A DNA stretch of 59,267 nucleotides, filler included, from Sphacelaria rigidula (Eukaryota): NCBI GenBank assembly GCA_964200075.2. It is 9 parts of 9 records of this genome, joined end to end, with 100 filler letters (N's around TTAATTAATTAA, not from the genome) between each part and the next. Parts side by side here need not be neighbours in the genome. Positions count along the whole stretch, not along the records: positions 6,598 to 13,094 come from CAXNAA020019732.1; positions 13,195 to 19,691 come from CAXNAA020019733.1; positions 19,792 to 26,287 come from CAXNAA020019734.1; 6 more parts are not named here. One strand, given 5' to 3'. The notes below the pieces were generated by a model. That model had not been told where the DNA came from. It did not search any database and worked only from the letters and a program-made list of their open reading frames with translations. The stretch's first letter is position 1, and each line of letters begins with the position of its first letter. The position numbers and the translations under genes were made by a program. This document shows positions 12,808 to 24,552 of the stretch, piece by piece.

Positions 12808-12989
12808 TGTGACGTCAGCCAGTGGAAGCACTGTTGGATCACTGCTGTTGAGAAACTCCCCAGTCTTACTGGCCTCAGTTTCAGTTGTCGGCCTTTACAA
12901 CATCTCATTATTCAGGAGTGACCTTCCAGGCGGCTCCATAAACCACATAAGGGTATCACCCCGGTGTCCATGTCATCATCCATATAACA
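12808..12989 (-). repeat. 5' LTR of gypsy element
   Basis: Direct repeat of 8474-8663, lying upstream of gag on the minus strand. Confidence 0.88.
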
Positions 12990-14084
12990 GAAAGTTGTGC
13001 GAATTGAGGTTTAACTCTGAGATGAAGCTCAAGCGGGCAACCCGACTTGCGAACTATTTGTAGCAGAAGTACCGAGGACAAGCTCTTATTCGGANNNNNN
13101 NNNNNNNNNNNNNNNNNNNNNNNNNNNNNNNNNNNNNNTTAATTAATTAANNNNNNNNNNNNNNNNNNNNNNNNNNNNNNNNNNNNNNNNNNNNGTTTCG
13201 GGTCTTCCGTGCAAGAGAGAAATGCCACTTCAACCCCATATTTTGTATGAACCCAAAAAATTAAAATCGGCAGTTAATTGGTATTGTCGGGGTGATACGG
13301 CGTAAGTGCCTTGTTCACTGATCCAAAACACAGAGTTTTTCGGCTCTAGCGCAATAAAGAGGTAGACAATACAAAAAAAGCAACCATTTCATTTGTTCAC
13401 GAAATCGATTGGGATTATTTCGATCGAGTAAAGATACTCAAGGGTCAGAACCTGGGGCTGGATAGTCTCAGGACCCCCGAAAACAGGTCAGCCAGTAAGT
13501 CGTTCAATCATGAGCGCAGATGTGGTCTTATTTCGAAAGATGGAGGGGGTGCTATAGTATCTCCCGATCCCCAAACGTTGGGATCAAACGTTTACTAGGA
13601 TGACCGGTGGCACGCGAGAGCACTTTCGAGTATCCCCGATGTGAACTACTTTTTTTTTAAATCGCACTTTGAACCCCTCCCCTTCCTCGGGACGAGTCCG
13701 TGGTCTAACAGTCTCAAAGGATCATCCCATCTCTCCCCGGTACACGCCTTGCATTTTGGTCTCGAGGATTGGGTCATGACTATCAGCACTCCCGAACCGC
13801 GTCAACTCACGTGAAAAAAAAACTCAGTCGACTACTTGGTTTACTCACGTTCTCGCGCTTCCCACGGCGGAAGTCTGATATTACGAAGAAAAGACAACGC
13901 ATCGGGAATCTAGCCCTCGTTCTCTCCACCCTCATGGCACCAGTCGGACCATTACACCACTGGTGCGCGGCGGCACCTACTACTACTCACTGTAGCTCCG
14001 AATGCTTTGTGTCCTCCCCGATTCCTACGCTTGCGTGCTCCGCTGGCGCCTGCTGCTTTGAGTGCAGATTGCTTGATTCGTTGA

Positions 14085-14290
14085 TTCGTTGATTCTTTGG
14101 TTGGTTGGTTGGTTGGTTAGCTGATTGGTTGTCGCACGTTAGCTGATCCCCCAGGAGTCATAATAGTTGATCCCCTAGGAGTCGTAAAAGCTGATCCCCT
14201 AGGAGTCATAATCCAGCCGTGGTGCAGGATCCACATGATGGACGTGCCCAAGGCAAACAAAACGAAAAACACTTGCTCCAGAAAAGAAAG
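14085..14290 (-). repeat. Retroposon-like 3' end with (CCAA/TCAA)n tail; family also at 43458-43600, 48792-48970, 50670-50830
   Basis: Shared core GATTGTCGCACTTTAACTGACCCCCCAGG...CCAGCCGT...CATGATAGACGTACCCAA next to a tetranucleotide microsatellite. This copy has a triplicated GATCCCC(C/T)AGGAGTC unit. Confidence 0.75.
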
Positions 14291-14621
14291 AATGAAAGTG
14301 GAGAAACACGCGTCTGTCGATAGGAGCGCCTACCAATGCACTCCGCTTTCTTTCATACAATGCGATTCGTATTCATAAACGGTGGTGCCTTCATTTGCTT
14401 GGCGAAAATGTTTGATTCCATCGGCATGCTCTTGCTGCACCCTACAGGGGGGAGTGTACCAAGCAACAACAAGTACTACCGATGTATTGTTTAAACCTTG
14501 ATCCACAAAACCGGGATAAAAAAACGCGTGAGCGTAGTTGTTTCCTTCCCAAATAAAGTAGCTTACATTTCCCCTACTGAATAATTAACCAAAACCGTTT
14601 TGTCCCCTTCTCACGCTGTAG

Positions 14622-17600
14622 ATTGGGAAAAAGTGAGAGCGTGGAGGTGCTCAGAGAGGTCGCTGCCGCGCTGAGGAACGTCTCGCTGTCAGAACACAGG
14701 TGCGAAAAAAATACATCACACGTAACATAAGTCGATGGCTCACTAAAGGTGAGGAGTTTTTGGTGAGGGCTGGACTTCATGAGGTTCATCATCTGTGTTT
14801 TCTTTAGTGTGAATGTTGGAACCGCTGAAATAATACTGTCTCGACGATAGCCATGCGCGGCGGAGCAAGTGAGATGCGTCATCGCCACGCAGCACATCGC
14901 TTTGCTCCATGACCCTCGCTGCTCGTAGTAGCGCGAGGGCATTCTACCCTTTTTTGTTGAGATTTTCCCCAACGGCGTTTTCTCTGTTGTTACCGTCACC
15001 AATCCATCATTCGGCATAACAGCAAAATAGATATCGTGTTGGAGGGAGGATTGCCGGTGCTGATTGATATGATGCACAGTGCGGACGTGGAGACGGCGCA
15101 CCAGGCAACGGGAGTCTTGGCCAACTTGGCGGAGGTGGTTGAAAATCAGGGCAAGATGGTGGAATCTGGTGAGAGAATACGAAGTCCACTTGAATAAGTA
15201 CGTATGAGTTGATTCCGGGACAACTCGGGATATTGTATGTTGTTCTCGAGAGTGGCGTTTGACATCATCGTAGTGGTGATCATGCCGACGATGGCGATTG
15301 ATTTACTCAATTTTTTTTTTCCATCATACCTGAAACTTTGACTGTCGCGAAAATACTGCACTGGTGTAGCCATGCACAACATGTTATCGTGATACGAGAA
15401 TGTTCGGAGCTCAACCGTGGTTCACTGCTGTCGACGAACACTGACGACGGCACGTGATGCATTTGGGTCGATTGCGAGTATCGAGCCGGTTCAATGATCC
15501 GTGCATGGCCTCTCATTCGTTCACGCGCCCGTCCCCACGCCATGTCAGGTGTGTTGCAGCACCTGAAGTTCGTCATGAGAAGTAAATCGGTCGATGTCCA
15601 GCGAGAAGCGGTAAGGGGAGTGGCTAACATCAGCGCCGAATACGGATATACGGCGGTTATCGCAGGAGCGGGGGCCATAATGCCGCTTGTGGCCATGCTG
15701 AGCAGCCCCGACTTTTTGTGTCAGCGGTAAGGCAAGCTTTCCTGTCACTGGAGAATGATCCTCCTCATTCCGATGGTTCGAAAATTCGCGACACCGCAAA
15801 GCGGTGGTTTCTTTGCTGAGGAACTCTCCATATTTTGCGTGGAAAATAGTAGCGGCATGTACGTGGGTGTCCGGATTCCACCTGGACTCCAGCAACCGCT
15901 TTGGCCTCTTCATTCGCGGACGCGATCAAGCCACAAATGCTTGAGTTGTCGATAATACTTATTTTTCTCTCCTTCGCTCGGCGTCAAGCCCCATTGTGGC
16001 TACCGTTCCATGCAGACTAAGACAGCTCACCATCCTTGCCAACGCAATAATAAAGGTACGCGGCTATGGGCGTCGGAAACCTCGCCACCAATCTCGGCAA
16101 CCAAGAGAAGATAATCAACGAGGGTGCTCTTCAGCCTCTTATATCTCTAGCTAGCCGCGATAATGGTGATCTCGAATCGCAGCGGTACGCCGTGTTCGCC
16201 CTCACCAACGTGGCCGCTACGCGGAGCAATCACGCAAGGCTGATCGGGGCTGGCGTGTGCGAACTAGTCGCTATGTTACTGGAGGCTGACGATGTCGAGA
16301 TCCGAAATTCCGCCGCGTTTTGCGTGGGCAATTTTGCGTCCAATCCGGATAACCACCCCACTTTATTGGATGAAGGGGTACTGGGACCGCTGATTAACCT
16401 CGTAGCCTCATCGGACCCTCAGGTAGGTTGCCGCGCATAGAAGGAGGATGCTTGGCGTGTATACGGCGTTGAAAACACTCTTGCGCACATTTTTCTTTCA
16501 CTACAACCTTTGTGTTACTTTTATCTGAATCTTCATGACACTCCGGTGGTGAGCAATACTATACAGCATTTTGGACAGCTCCTGACGAGAAGCGACTCAC
16601 TGCTGGCCGATCACACTTACCTCGCTCCCCGTGCGTATGCCATTTTTTTTGTTGTTGTGGTTGCGGAGGCGCAACTTCGGGCCGCCTCTGCTCTCCGAGG
16701 GCTGTCGGTAGATGAAGACGTCCGGACTGAGATAGTGGCACGAGGCGCGCTAGTACCTTTGCTTCGCCTCAGCAATAGTGACGATGTGGAAATCCAAATG
16801 GAGGTGAGGCGCTGCATGTCTCCTTTATGACGGAGAGGGGGACGATGTTCTACGATACGATTGGGTCTGTGTGCACGGAAAGTCAAGTCATTTTCACGTT
16901 GCTGCTGATGAGAGCTGCACGCACGATACAGGGTAGAACGAGCGCGGCTATTTCCCTTTGTAGAAACCGTCGTGAAGGACTACAGCAGCAGCTTCGAAGC
17001 TAAACTTGACGAGGACATCAGGCGTACTATCATTTTTCGTTGTTATTGAAGGCCATTTCCTTCTTAAGGGCTAGTTCCTGGTCTCAGGGGGTCATCTCGT
17101 CTCTCAACCAGTGCATGTCTGACACTTTTTTCATCGAGGATTAAATCAGCACTCCCGGACTGCGTCGATTCTCGTCGATTTTTCTTTGCTACTAACGTCT
17201 CCATGTTTTCGGACAACGGAAACCAGACTGTTCTCAGAGAAGGCCCGTGCTTGTCGAGATCCCAATCCTCAACCTTACGCCGTGACCGGCTCGAAATATA
17301 CCCCTTAGACCCACCGAGACAGAGAAACGCGAACACCAGTCTATCCACGTCCGATAAAATACCCGAATTGCCAACACAGCCAGACTGTCTTCTAATTTTT
17401 TGTTGCTTTATTACGATACCGGCACCATATATTTGGCAAATTACCAGGTCCTGGCAGCGCTCTGCAACTTGTCACTATCGGGGTGCATCGGCCAGGACCC
17501 CGCGCGTTTCCTCAAGGCGGTCGACGTGGGCAATCTCGTGTCGTTCCTGTGCTCGGCAGACGTGACCTATCGCCTCTTCGGCGCGGTAACGCTCGGCAAC

Positions 17601-19059
17601 ATCGCCTCCGACGTCAGCCTCCAAGCTCCTATTGTTCGAGGGGGTGCTCTGACGCCGCTCATCACCATAGCAAATGCTGCCGATCTCGAAACCCAACGTT
17701 GCATCGCGTACTCGCTGTGTAATCTATCAGCTAATCCTGCAAGGCGAGCTGCGATAGTCTCCGAAGGTGGGCTGCCGCCCCTAATCTCACTCGCCTGTAG
17801 CGACCACCCCATCGACCAGAGGGCGGCCCTGGCCACACTCAGGGCCATCTCAGCCGACCCCGACCATCGACGAGCCGTGGTGGAGGCTGGGGTTCTGGAA
17901 GCGTTTTGCCTTGGGGCGAGGTAGGAGAACTGACAACTTGCTAAAAGCGGATCTATTGCGTTGCGCGCGAAGGCTCTCGTCGTTCTGACTGGCGTTGTGC
18001 TGCAACGTCGCTTTGTTGTTTCCAGGATAGTGTGCTTTGTTTTTGATGGGGCTACTTCGTTGTTGTTCTTTTCAGGCTACAGCTTTCGGGCGGGGGTATC
18101 CGTAATTCCCCTTGAAGGAATCGACCGCTGATTGGATTGATATAGTATGCGGTCACGAGGGTGATCAGGCGAGGGTCCAGGGGCGGCCGAAACGGTGGTG
18201 TTGGGCCAATAGAGTGTTCACTCGTTCGGCTCACAAGTACGTGCGGTGGTCAAGAACTTGCAATTGCAGGAGTTCCTTCATCAACCGGGTGTCAAAAAGG
18301 TAACAGAAACCGACCAATTGCGCGAGATATAACCTCTTCACAGGGTACAATCAAGACGGCTTGAAACAAAATTGCACCGAGTGGTATGCAATTAAGATAT
18401 ATAGTTTTTCCTGACGGCTACTCCCGCGGCCCAAATTACTCTGAGGACCACGTTTGCGCACATCCCAAGCACATTCCCCTTGTCCCCCGTTACGCGCGCC
18501 CTCGTATCACACTAGGTGTGAAGAAGATGTGGAAGTTCGACGAGAAGCCGCTCGTCTCCTGTTCGCGGTGTCGCTGAACGAACTCAACAAACTCGACGTG
18601 GCCGGCATCGGAACTGGCTCCAGGGCGGCCGCGTCCACCACGGCAGAAGTGGCGACGGAACTCGTCGGTCTTGCTCGTAGCGATGACCCTGGTTGTGCTC
18701 GAAACGCCGTCGGGGCTCTGGCCAACCTTAGCGAAAATGACGCCACCCATGAGCGCCTGCTGAGTTGGGGCGCGAGTTTTCTGAGTACTTTAGCTGTAAA
18801 GACCGGCGGCGAGCACGCGGAGAATGATATCGGGGAAGGTGGGGGTGAGGGCTTGTTGGAAGGTGGCGTGAGCTCGGTGGTAGACGTGGGGCTAGGGCGA
18901 GAAGTTACTCGCTGTTTGACGAATCTTTCGGGAAATTATGCCATGCATGCCAAATTGTTGGAGGGCGGGGTAGCAGACGCCCTGGTGGTGTCGCTGAAGA
19001 GGGATGATGCGATCACCACGAGATTCGCCGCGTTAGGTTTGGCAAACCTGTCGGGACAG
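14622..19059 (+). CDS. Partial multi-exon armadillo-repeat protein, Vac8-like
   Basis: Exons 14622-14699, 15023-15168, 15549-15726, 16056-16422, 16669-16803, 17448-17920 and 18516-19059 splice in frame to tandem ARM repeats (SESVEVLREVAAALRNVS; EGGLPVLIDMMHSADVETAHQATGVLANLA; EGALQPLISLA..DLESQRYAVFALTNVA; GALVPLLRLSNSDDVEIQMEVLAALCNLS). Start and stop lie outside the recognised exons. Confidence 0.88.
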
Positions 19060-19459
19060 GTGAGATATGAGCTGCTATTTCTTTGTTGAGCGGCCTCTGT
19101 GCTTTGATTGCATTGATCTGGAGGGCGACAAAAAATTGGGTCACACTCGACACAACTCGGGGTTCGATGTTCTCATGTTCCCACACGTTCTACCTGTGGC
19201 CCACAGCAGTACATCATTCCTGTTTCATAGAGTGCAGCAGAAAAAGCAAAGCATGCAAACATCGACGAGTGCGTAGAAGGTAGACAAGGTCACATCTACC
19301 CGGCTGCACAAGGCGACGGCCCGCTATGTACGTACAGAAGAGATTATGCGGTAGAATGCCAGAAGTGGAGACAGACGAGTGGCCTCCGCAATCTTCCCCA
19401 TTTGTTCCCATTGTGTTTCTCCATCAAATTTAGGAACGAGGCATATATAGTTTCCCGAC

Positions 19460-19600
19460 AATGTTCGAGTCATGCTACGATAGGGGGCGGAAGGGAGGGG
19501 AGGGGGATTTGGGGCATTTCTTTCGCGAAATTCCACTTCAAACCGTTGTTGAAAGCAGCAACGGTCGTTCGAACGCGCTTGTCACCGGTAAGTAGCGCTC
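19460..19600 (+). repeat. Dispersed repeat; second copy at ~45783-45915
   Basis: GAGTCAT-CTACGATAG-(G-rich)-CGAAATTCCACTTCA...GTTGAAAGCAGCAACGGT is shared between contigs 3 and 7. Confidence 0.75.
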
Positions 19601-19791
19601 ATTCATAGTGATTGACACCCCCCCCCCCCCCCCCCCCTCCGCCCCGTCCGGGCGGCGCCCCCCCCGCCCCCCCCCCGCCCTGCTGGGGCGGNNNNNNNNN
19701 NNNNNNNNNNNNNNNNNNNNNNNNNNNNNNNNNNNTTAATTAATTAANNNNNNNNNNNNNNNNNNNNNNNNNNNNNNNNNNNNNNNNNNNN

Positions 19792-19922
19792 ATACATTCG
19801 TGTTCAGACACCTGCAGTGTTCCCTCCTGAGACGAGGTCAGCATAAAGCTGTCTGCGCCAACCTCTGCAGTCACCTGCCAAGAGAAGTACAACGGTCTCC
19901 ACGACTACCATATTCCTCGACA
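19792..19922 (+). repeat. 3' part of copia 5' LTR
   Basis: 131 nt identical by eye to 25032-25162, ending ...CCTCGACA. Confidence 0.92.
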
Positions 19923-19936
19923 GGTTCTGAGCCTCG
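19923..19936 (+). promoter_or_regulatory. Primer-binding site, probably the tRNAi-Met fragment type
   Basis: GGTTCTGAGCCTCG directly after the LTR resembles the GGTTATGGGCCCAG-type PBS of Drosophila copia/Ty5/Osser. Confidence 0.55.
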
Positions 19937-20130
19937 ATTGTTGCGAGGCGCAAATACCAAGAGCTTCTAAAGAAGAGCTTGGCGGGGAAATGTCTTCGAC
20001 TAGTTCTACAGAGTTCTACAGAGGAGCTGAATACCTGGGACAACACAGACACTACAAGTGACTTGAGACAACCGCTGATTGTACTCTGCGCATCTGGAGT
20101 CGAGTCGGCACGCTGTGCGAGCTACAATAA

Positions 20131-20520
20131 AAAAGCTGTGCGCGCAGGAATGCGGCACAGTCGGGAATTCCGCACTTACGCGTCGGGTGTCGGTAAGCCC
20201 CGAAGCGTACAGCCTTGCGCAGTTCATAATCGCTACGGACGAAACCTACACCAGCTGCAGTCTGTACGAGGTACAGTGAAAACCTGTGCGTACAGGAAGG
20301 CGGCACAATCAATTCGCACTTACGCATCGAGTATCGGTAAGCCTCAAAGCGTGCAGGCTTGCGTAGCTCATCATCCCTGCGGACAAAACCAGCACCAGCT
20401 GCAGTCTGTACAAGCTACAGTTTAAATCTGTGCGCGCGGGAAGGCGGCACAGTCTGGGAATTCGCACTTGCGCGTCGAGCATTGATAAGCCTCGAAGCGT
20501 ACAGCGTTGCGTGGTTCATT
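20131..20520 (+). repeat. ~145 bp tandem repeat (about 2.7 copies) in copia leader
   Basis: AAA-CTGTGCG..GGAA-GCGGCACA..AATTC..GCACTT-CGC-TCG..TAAGCC-C-AAGCGT-CAG recurs at ~20132, ~20280 and ~20424. Confidence 0.85.
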
Positions 20521-20570
20521 TTCTCTCTGCATGATGAGTTAGTAACACCGCCACCAGTTCCGACCGCATA

Positions 20571-21872
20571 GTGGCCGTATTCAAACGGGTACCTGCATTT
20601 ACGAACGATAAGAGCACCTTCATTGCATGCAAAGATCAGCTGCGAGTAGCTATCTCTATTGTTGACAAGCCGATATTCGCCGTTCTCAACGGCCAACGAA
20701 GGCCTACTGATGAACCAGCGGGGCGCGAATGGGACCGAAAGAATAGCGACCTGTTTTCGCTGTTGTTCCCTTCAACGATCGGGCCTGCAGCTGCGGTCAT
20801 CCGGCGGCTCTTGTGCACAGAGGATGAAGATCTCGATGGCCCGCGGATCGGCGATGGGCAAGGTGCGTGGAAGGACCTGGTCGAGAAGTTCGACGGCAAC
20901 ACCAAAGCAGCAAGGGGGACAGTCCACGCTCAGCTCGTTAGCCGCACGATGAAACCGGACGAGGACCCCGAAAATTTCTTCCAAGACATGGACGAAATTC
21001 GTCTGCATCTGGAGGGTCTCGGGGATAAAATGCACGACGATCGCTACGAGGACATTATCCGCAAGGCGATAATCCCCCAGTATAACTTCGTGCGCACGAA
21101 ATGCTACACCGAGCGCGACTTCGGCCTCGAGAACATTTGCACCGCAATGTGCAACGCGGACAATGATCGAAATTTTGGTTCGTCAACTGCATCAACCGTG
21201 GCCGGACCTGGAGCGGCCATGCAGGCTACGACATCTGGTATTCAGTGTCACATTCGCGAGGGGTTTGGGCACTACCAACGTGAATGCCCGAACAACAAGC
21301 GAAGTCGGACACGGCCGAGTAATCCGACACAGAGAAATCGAAAAGCAGGCAAGAAGGGAAGTAACGAAGCATCAAAATGGTGCTCGTATCATAAAACAAC
21401 AACATACAGCGACGCTGAGTGCAAGGCACAACAAAAGAAAGCAGCAACGAATGGAAGCATTAACATCGCCAATGTAAGCATTCCCGGGTCGTTCGTCCCG
21501 CCGCCTGCCGCGGCGACGACTGCAAACCGCAATTCGTCCGGAACAGTCGGAGGATCCCAGCAACCTGTGATGATGGAGTCGGCTCCTCCAGTGTTTTCCT
21601 TCGGCGCGTCCACCCCACCACAGCATGCTGGACTCTCAGGAAACACATTCGACCTCTTCGGTGCCTGCAGTGGGGGTACTGGAGCACCCTTCATGGCGGC
21701 GGCACCAACGGCTCGGACAGCCAACGACCTCAACTCCGTAACCTGGCTGGTGAACAGTGGCGCTACCGGTCACTACTTGGACTCCAATCTCGAGCCGGGT
21801 GTTTTAGCTCGGGCGAGTGAGTACACGGCCCTCGAACGAACGTTAAAAATTGTAGCAAGGGGACACAATTAA
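20571..21872 (+). CDS. gag: Copia gag plus protease (degenerate)
   Basis: 433-aa ORF with GDGQGAWKDLVEKF, a degenerate knuckle CHIREGFGHYQREC, WCSYHKTTTYSDAEC and protease motif WLVNSGATGH (catalytic D read as N). Confidence 0.85.
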   Translation: MAVFKRVPAFTNDKSTFIACKDQLRVAISIVDKPIFAVLNGQRRPTDEPAGREWDRKNSDLFSLLFPSTIGPAAAVIRRLLCTEDEDLDGPRIGDGQGAWKDLVEKFDGNTKAARGTVHAQLVSRTMKPDEDPENFFQDMDEIRLHLEGLGDKMHDDRYEDIIRKAIIPQYNFVRTKCYTERDFGLENICTAMCNADNDRNFGSSTASTVAGPGAAMQATTSGIQCHIREGFGHYQRECPNNKRSRTRPSNPTQRNRKAGKKGSNEASKWCSYHKTTTYSDAECKAQQKKAATNGSINIANVSIPGSFVPPPAAATTANRNSSGTVGGSQQPVMMESAPPVFSFGASTPPQHAGLSGNTFDLFGACSGGTGAPFMAAAPTARTANDLNSVTWLVNSGATGHYLDSNLEPGVLARASEYTALERTLKIVARGHN

Positions 21873-21989
21873 GTCGAAGTAGTTGAAACTGCCACCATTT
21901 ATGGTACAGTCATCGACAGAGAAGAGCAGGCGCAACATGTCGCCCTTTCTTGCTTCGTCGTCCCCGGACTCGGGCGTCATCTGTTCTCC

Positions 21990-24320
21990 GTGAAAGTGGT
22001 GACCAAGCAAGGAATCATCGCCATCTTCGATCAACATCATCCCCGACTAAAGACTTCATCGTTCGTGCTTCCCCTGGAACCATCGATCCATGACCAAGAC
22101 CTCTACACGTTCCGCATGAAGCTGAGCGGCCACGCGGAGCATCAACCTGGAGTGGCTACGCACGTCAGCACCGGCGCAAACCTCTGGCATGGTCGACTTG
22201 GTCATGTCGGCATCAAGAGCCTGAATGTACTTCGGAACGTGGAAGGCTCTGGTATCAGCTTCGATGGAACGCTATCACCCTGTGACGTATGCGCTCTAAG
22301 CAAAAGCGAACAACACGGAGATTTACGCGACGTGACGGACCGCGTCAACGACCTTATCGGATCTTCATCGGGAGAGGTCCCCACTGGAGCCTCCCCAGGA
22401 GAGGGAGTCACTAAAGGTTCACCTCCAGCTACAACACCGTCACCTACAGCGGGTTCTTCGCGTGTCAGCACGCGGGCTAACCCACAAGCCCCGATATACG
22501 CCATCTTCGGCGCAGGCACGAAAAGCGCTCAAGCCCGCGAGCTGAAGCGCCTGGACGCTTTGGTCAACTTCTACGCCAGGACAAATATGCGGGACATCGC
22601 TCACGAAGATGGAATTTCCTTTCTGGAGTATGCGTACTCTGCCACAAACACCCAGATTCGAAGTTGTTTGGAGATGGAAAAAGTGGTCATAGTGCCGAAC
22701 ACCTTTCAAGAGGCAATGCGACCGCCAGAGGCGAAGCAGTGGAAGGCAGCATCAGATAAAGAAGTAAAAAACCTCCGTTCCAATAATTTCTTCACGCTTG
22801 TACCCTTCACGGCGATTCCTGCAGGGATAAAAGCCATTGGATCCCGGTGGGTGTATAAGGTAAAATCCGACAACACATACAAGGGAAGACTCGTCGTCCA
22901 AGGATGGGGACAAGTACCGGGCATCGACTGCGGCGGCACCTTCGCTCCCGTCTGTGGGCTACAGAGCATCCGTATGGTGCTTGCAGCGGCTGCGGAAATG
23001 GACCGGGAAATCTGGCAGCTGGACGTGCATACGGCATTTTTCAACGCGCTCGTTGAAGAGGAAGTTCACGTCAAGATGGCCCCGGGCCATGAGGAGAACG
23101 ATCCCGCGACGAGAGTTCCTCTCGTGATGAAGCTACGGAAGTCGTTATATAGCCTTCGCCAGTCGCCACTAAATTGGTGGAACATCATGGACAAATTTCT
23201 GGGGGAGATCGGTTTCACCTCTCTCGCTTCAGATCCCTCCATCTACACCTTCACTGACAACGACGACGACGACGACGACATCAGGGCCGGTAACTCCCGG
23301 GGCGACACCGTCAGCACCGCTCTCGGAAAGAGGAAGGTTGTTGCGCTTCTCACCCTCTACGTGGACGATGTGCTCCTTGTTGGAGGGGACGTGGCAGTTC
23401 TGCAGATGCTCAAGAAACAGCTCATGACTCGTTTCAAAATGACGGACATGGGAGACGTGTCACTTGTATTCGGAATGAGAGTCACCCGAGACCGCAAGAA
23501 TGGGATGCTCACGATCAGCCAGAAGAACTACACCAAATCGATCGTGGAGAAGTACGGAATATGTGACTGCAATTCGCTGAGCACACCAGGAACGGGAGCA
23601 GAGCTGCCATTAAATCAACCGGAAGAGAAATTTCTGGATCCGGCGGCAACACAGCGATACCAGGCGATCACCGGCTCGGTGATGTATTTAACACAAGTGA
23701 CCCGGTATGATATCGAGTTTGCTGTCAACCAGCTTGCGAGAGCGATGTTAAGACCATCAAAAGCACACATGGGTGCTGCGAAACATCTTCTACGTTACCT
23801 TGCGGGGAGTGCTAGTTTCGATATCACGTACAGTAAGGGAGGGTTTCAGCTCACGGCGTTCTCGGACGCCAACTGGGGGAACAACCCGGAGAACGGGAAA
23901 TTGATGTCCTCGTATATCGTCATGCTCTCGAACGCTTCGGTGAGTTTCAAAGTCGGAATACAGGGTCTAACTGCTCAGTCGACAAGAGAAGCTGAGCTTG
24001 TGGCGGCAACGCTAGCAATGGAGGAGGCTGTGTTCTGTTCCAGCATGATGATGGAGCTGGGATTCGGCGAGGCATTTCACAGTGTTCCGGTCCACATCGA
24101 CAACACCTCAACACTTCACGTTGCCGGTAACAGCACCTACAGTGGACGGGCCAACCATGTGGCATTGCGCTACTTCTTCATTCGCAAACTCATTAAAAAG
24201 CGGAGGATCGCCCTTCATCACGTGGACATCAAGGACAACATCGCCGACATTGGCGCGAAATACTTGGGCAAACAACGTCACCTGCATCTGCTGCACGTAA
24301 GCAAGACCTTTAGGACTTAA
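21990..24320 (+). CDS. pol: Copia pol: pre-integrase/HHCC remnant, reverse transcriptase, RNase H
   Basis: 776-aa ORF with LWHGRLGH..CDVC; RT motifs YKGRLVVQGWGQVPGID, QLDVHTAFFNA, LRKSLYSLRQSP, LYVDDVLL; RNase H motifs AFSDANWG, STREAE, HIDNTS, NIADI. Confidence 0.92.
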   Translation: MKVVTKQGIIAIFDQHHPRLKTSSFVLPLEPSIHDQDLYTFRMKLSGHAEHQPGVATHVSTGANLWHGRLGHVGIKSLNVLRNVEGSGISFDGTLSPCDVCALSKSEQHGDLRDVTDRVNDLIGSSSGEVPTGASPGEGVTKGSPPATTPSPTAGSSRVSTRANPQAPIYAIFGAGTKSAQARELKRLDALVNFYARTNMRDIAHEDGISFLEYAYSATNTQIRSCLEMEKVVIVPNTFQEAMRPPEAKQWKAASDKEVKNLRSNNFFTLVPFTAIPAGIKAIGSRWVYKVKSDNTYKGRLVVQGWGQVPGIDCGGTFAPVCGLQSIRMVLAAAAEMDREIWQLDVHTAFFNALVEEEVHVKMAPGHEENDPATRVPLVMKLRKSLYSLRQSPLNWWNIMDKFLGEIGFTSLASDPSIYTFTDNDDDDDDIRAGNSRGDTVSTALGKRKVVALLTLYVDDVLLVGGDVAVLQMLKKQLMTRFKMTDMGDVSLVFGMRVTRDRKNGMLTISQKNYTKSIVEKYGICDCNSLSTPGTGAELPLNQPEEKFLDPAATQRYQAITGSVMYLTQVTRYDIEFAVNQLARAMLRPSKAHMGAAKHLLRYLAGSASFDITYSKGGFQLTAFSDANWGNNPENGKLMSSYIVMLSNASVSFKVGIQGLTAQSTREAELVAATLAMEEAVFCSSMMMELGFGEAFHSVPVHIDNTSTLHVAGNSTYSGRANHVALRYFFIRKLIKKRRIALHHVDIKDNIADIGAKYLGKQRHLHLLHVSKTFRT

Positions 24321-24552
24321 CTTAAGGACGCGAACAAGAGAGCTGGTCTGATGCGTACTTTCTAGCGTGTGGTTGGATCACGACTATGTTTTGAAGAAAT
24401 GAGAAGGTAGAAAGTGTTGAGTTGAGAATCCAAGTGTACATTGAAGGGAATGTGCAGAAATGCAAGCATGCATTTGCATAAGTAGGCCTAGAATATTCAT
24501 CCGTCCGGATTTCTTGATTTTTCCTGAGCGCTACTTCCGTTGAGGGGGAACA

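Larger units (their letters stand above)
8474..12989 (-). mobile_element. Ty3/gypsy LTR retrotransposon, decayed and internally deleted
   Basis: Two similar LTRs (8474-8663, 12808-12989) with TGT...ACA termini. Minus-strand order is gag (CCHC), protease, RT/RNase H remnant, integrase. A purine-rich GGGGATC precedes the 3' LTR. Confidence 0.92.

Noticed and set aside
8469..12994. Target-site duplication for the contig 2 gypsy element
   Set aside because: Flanks CTACT and GAAAG do not match and the 5' LTR outer end appears eroded, so no TSD is claimed.
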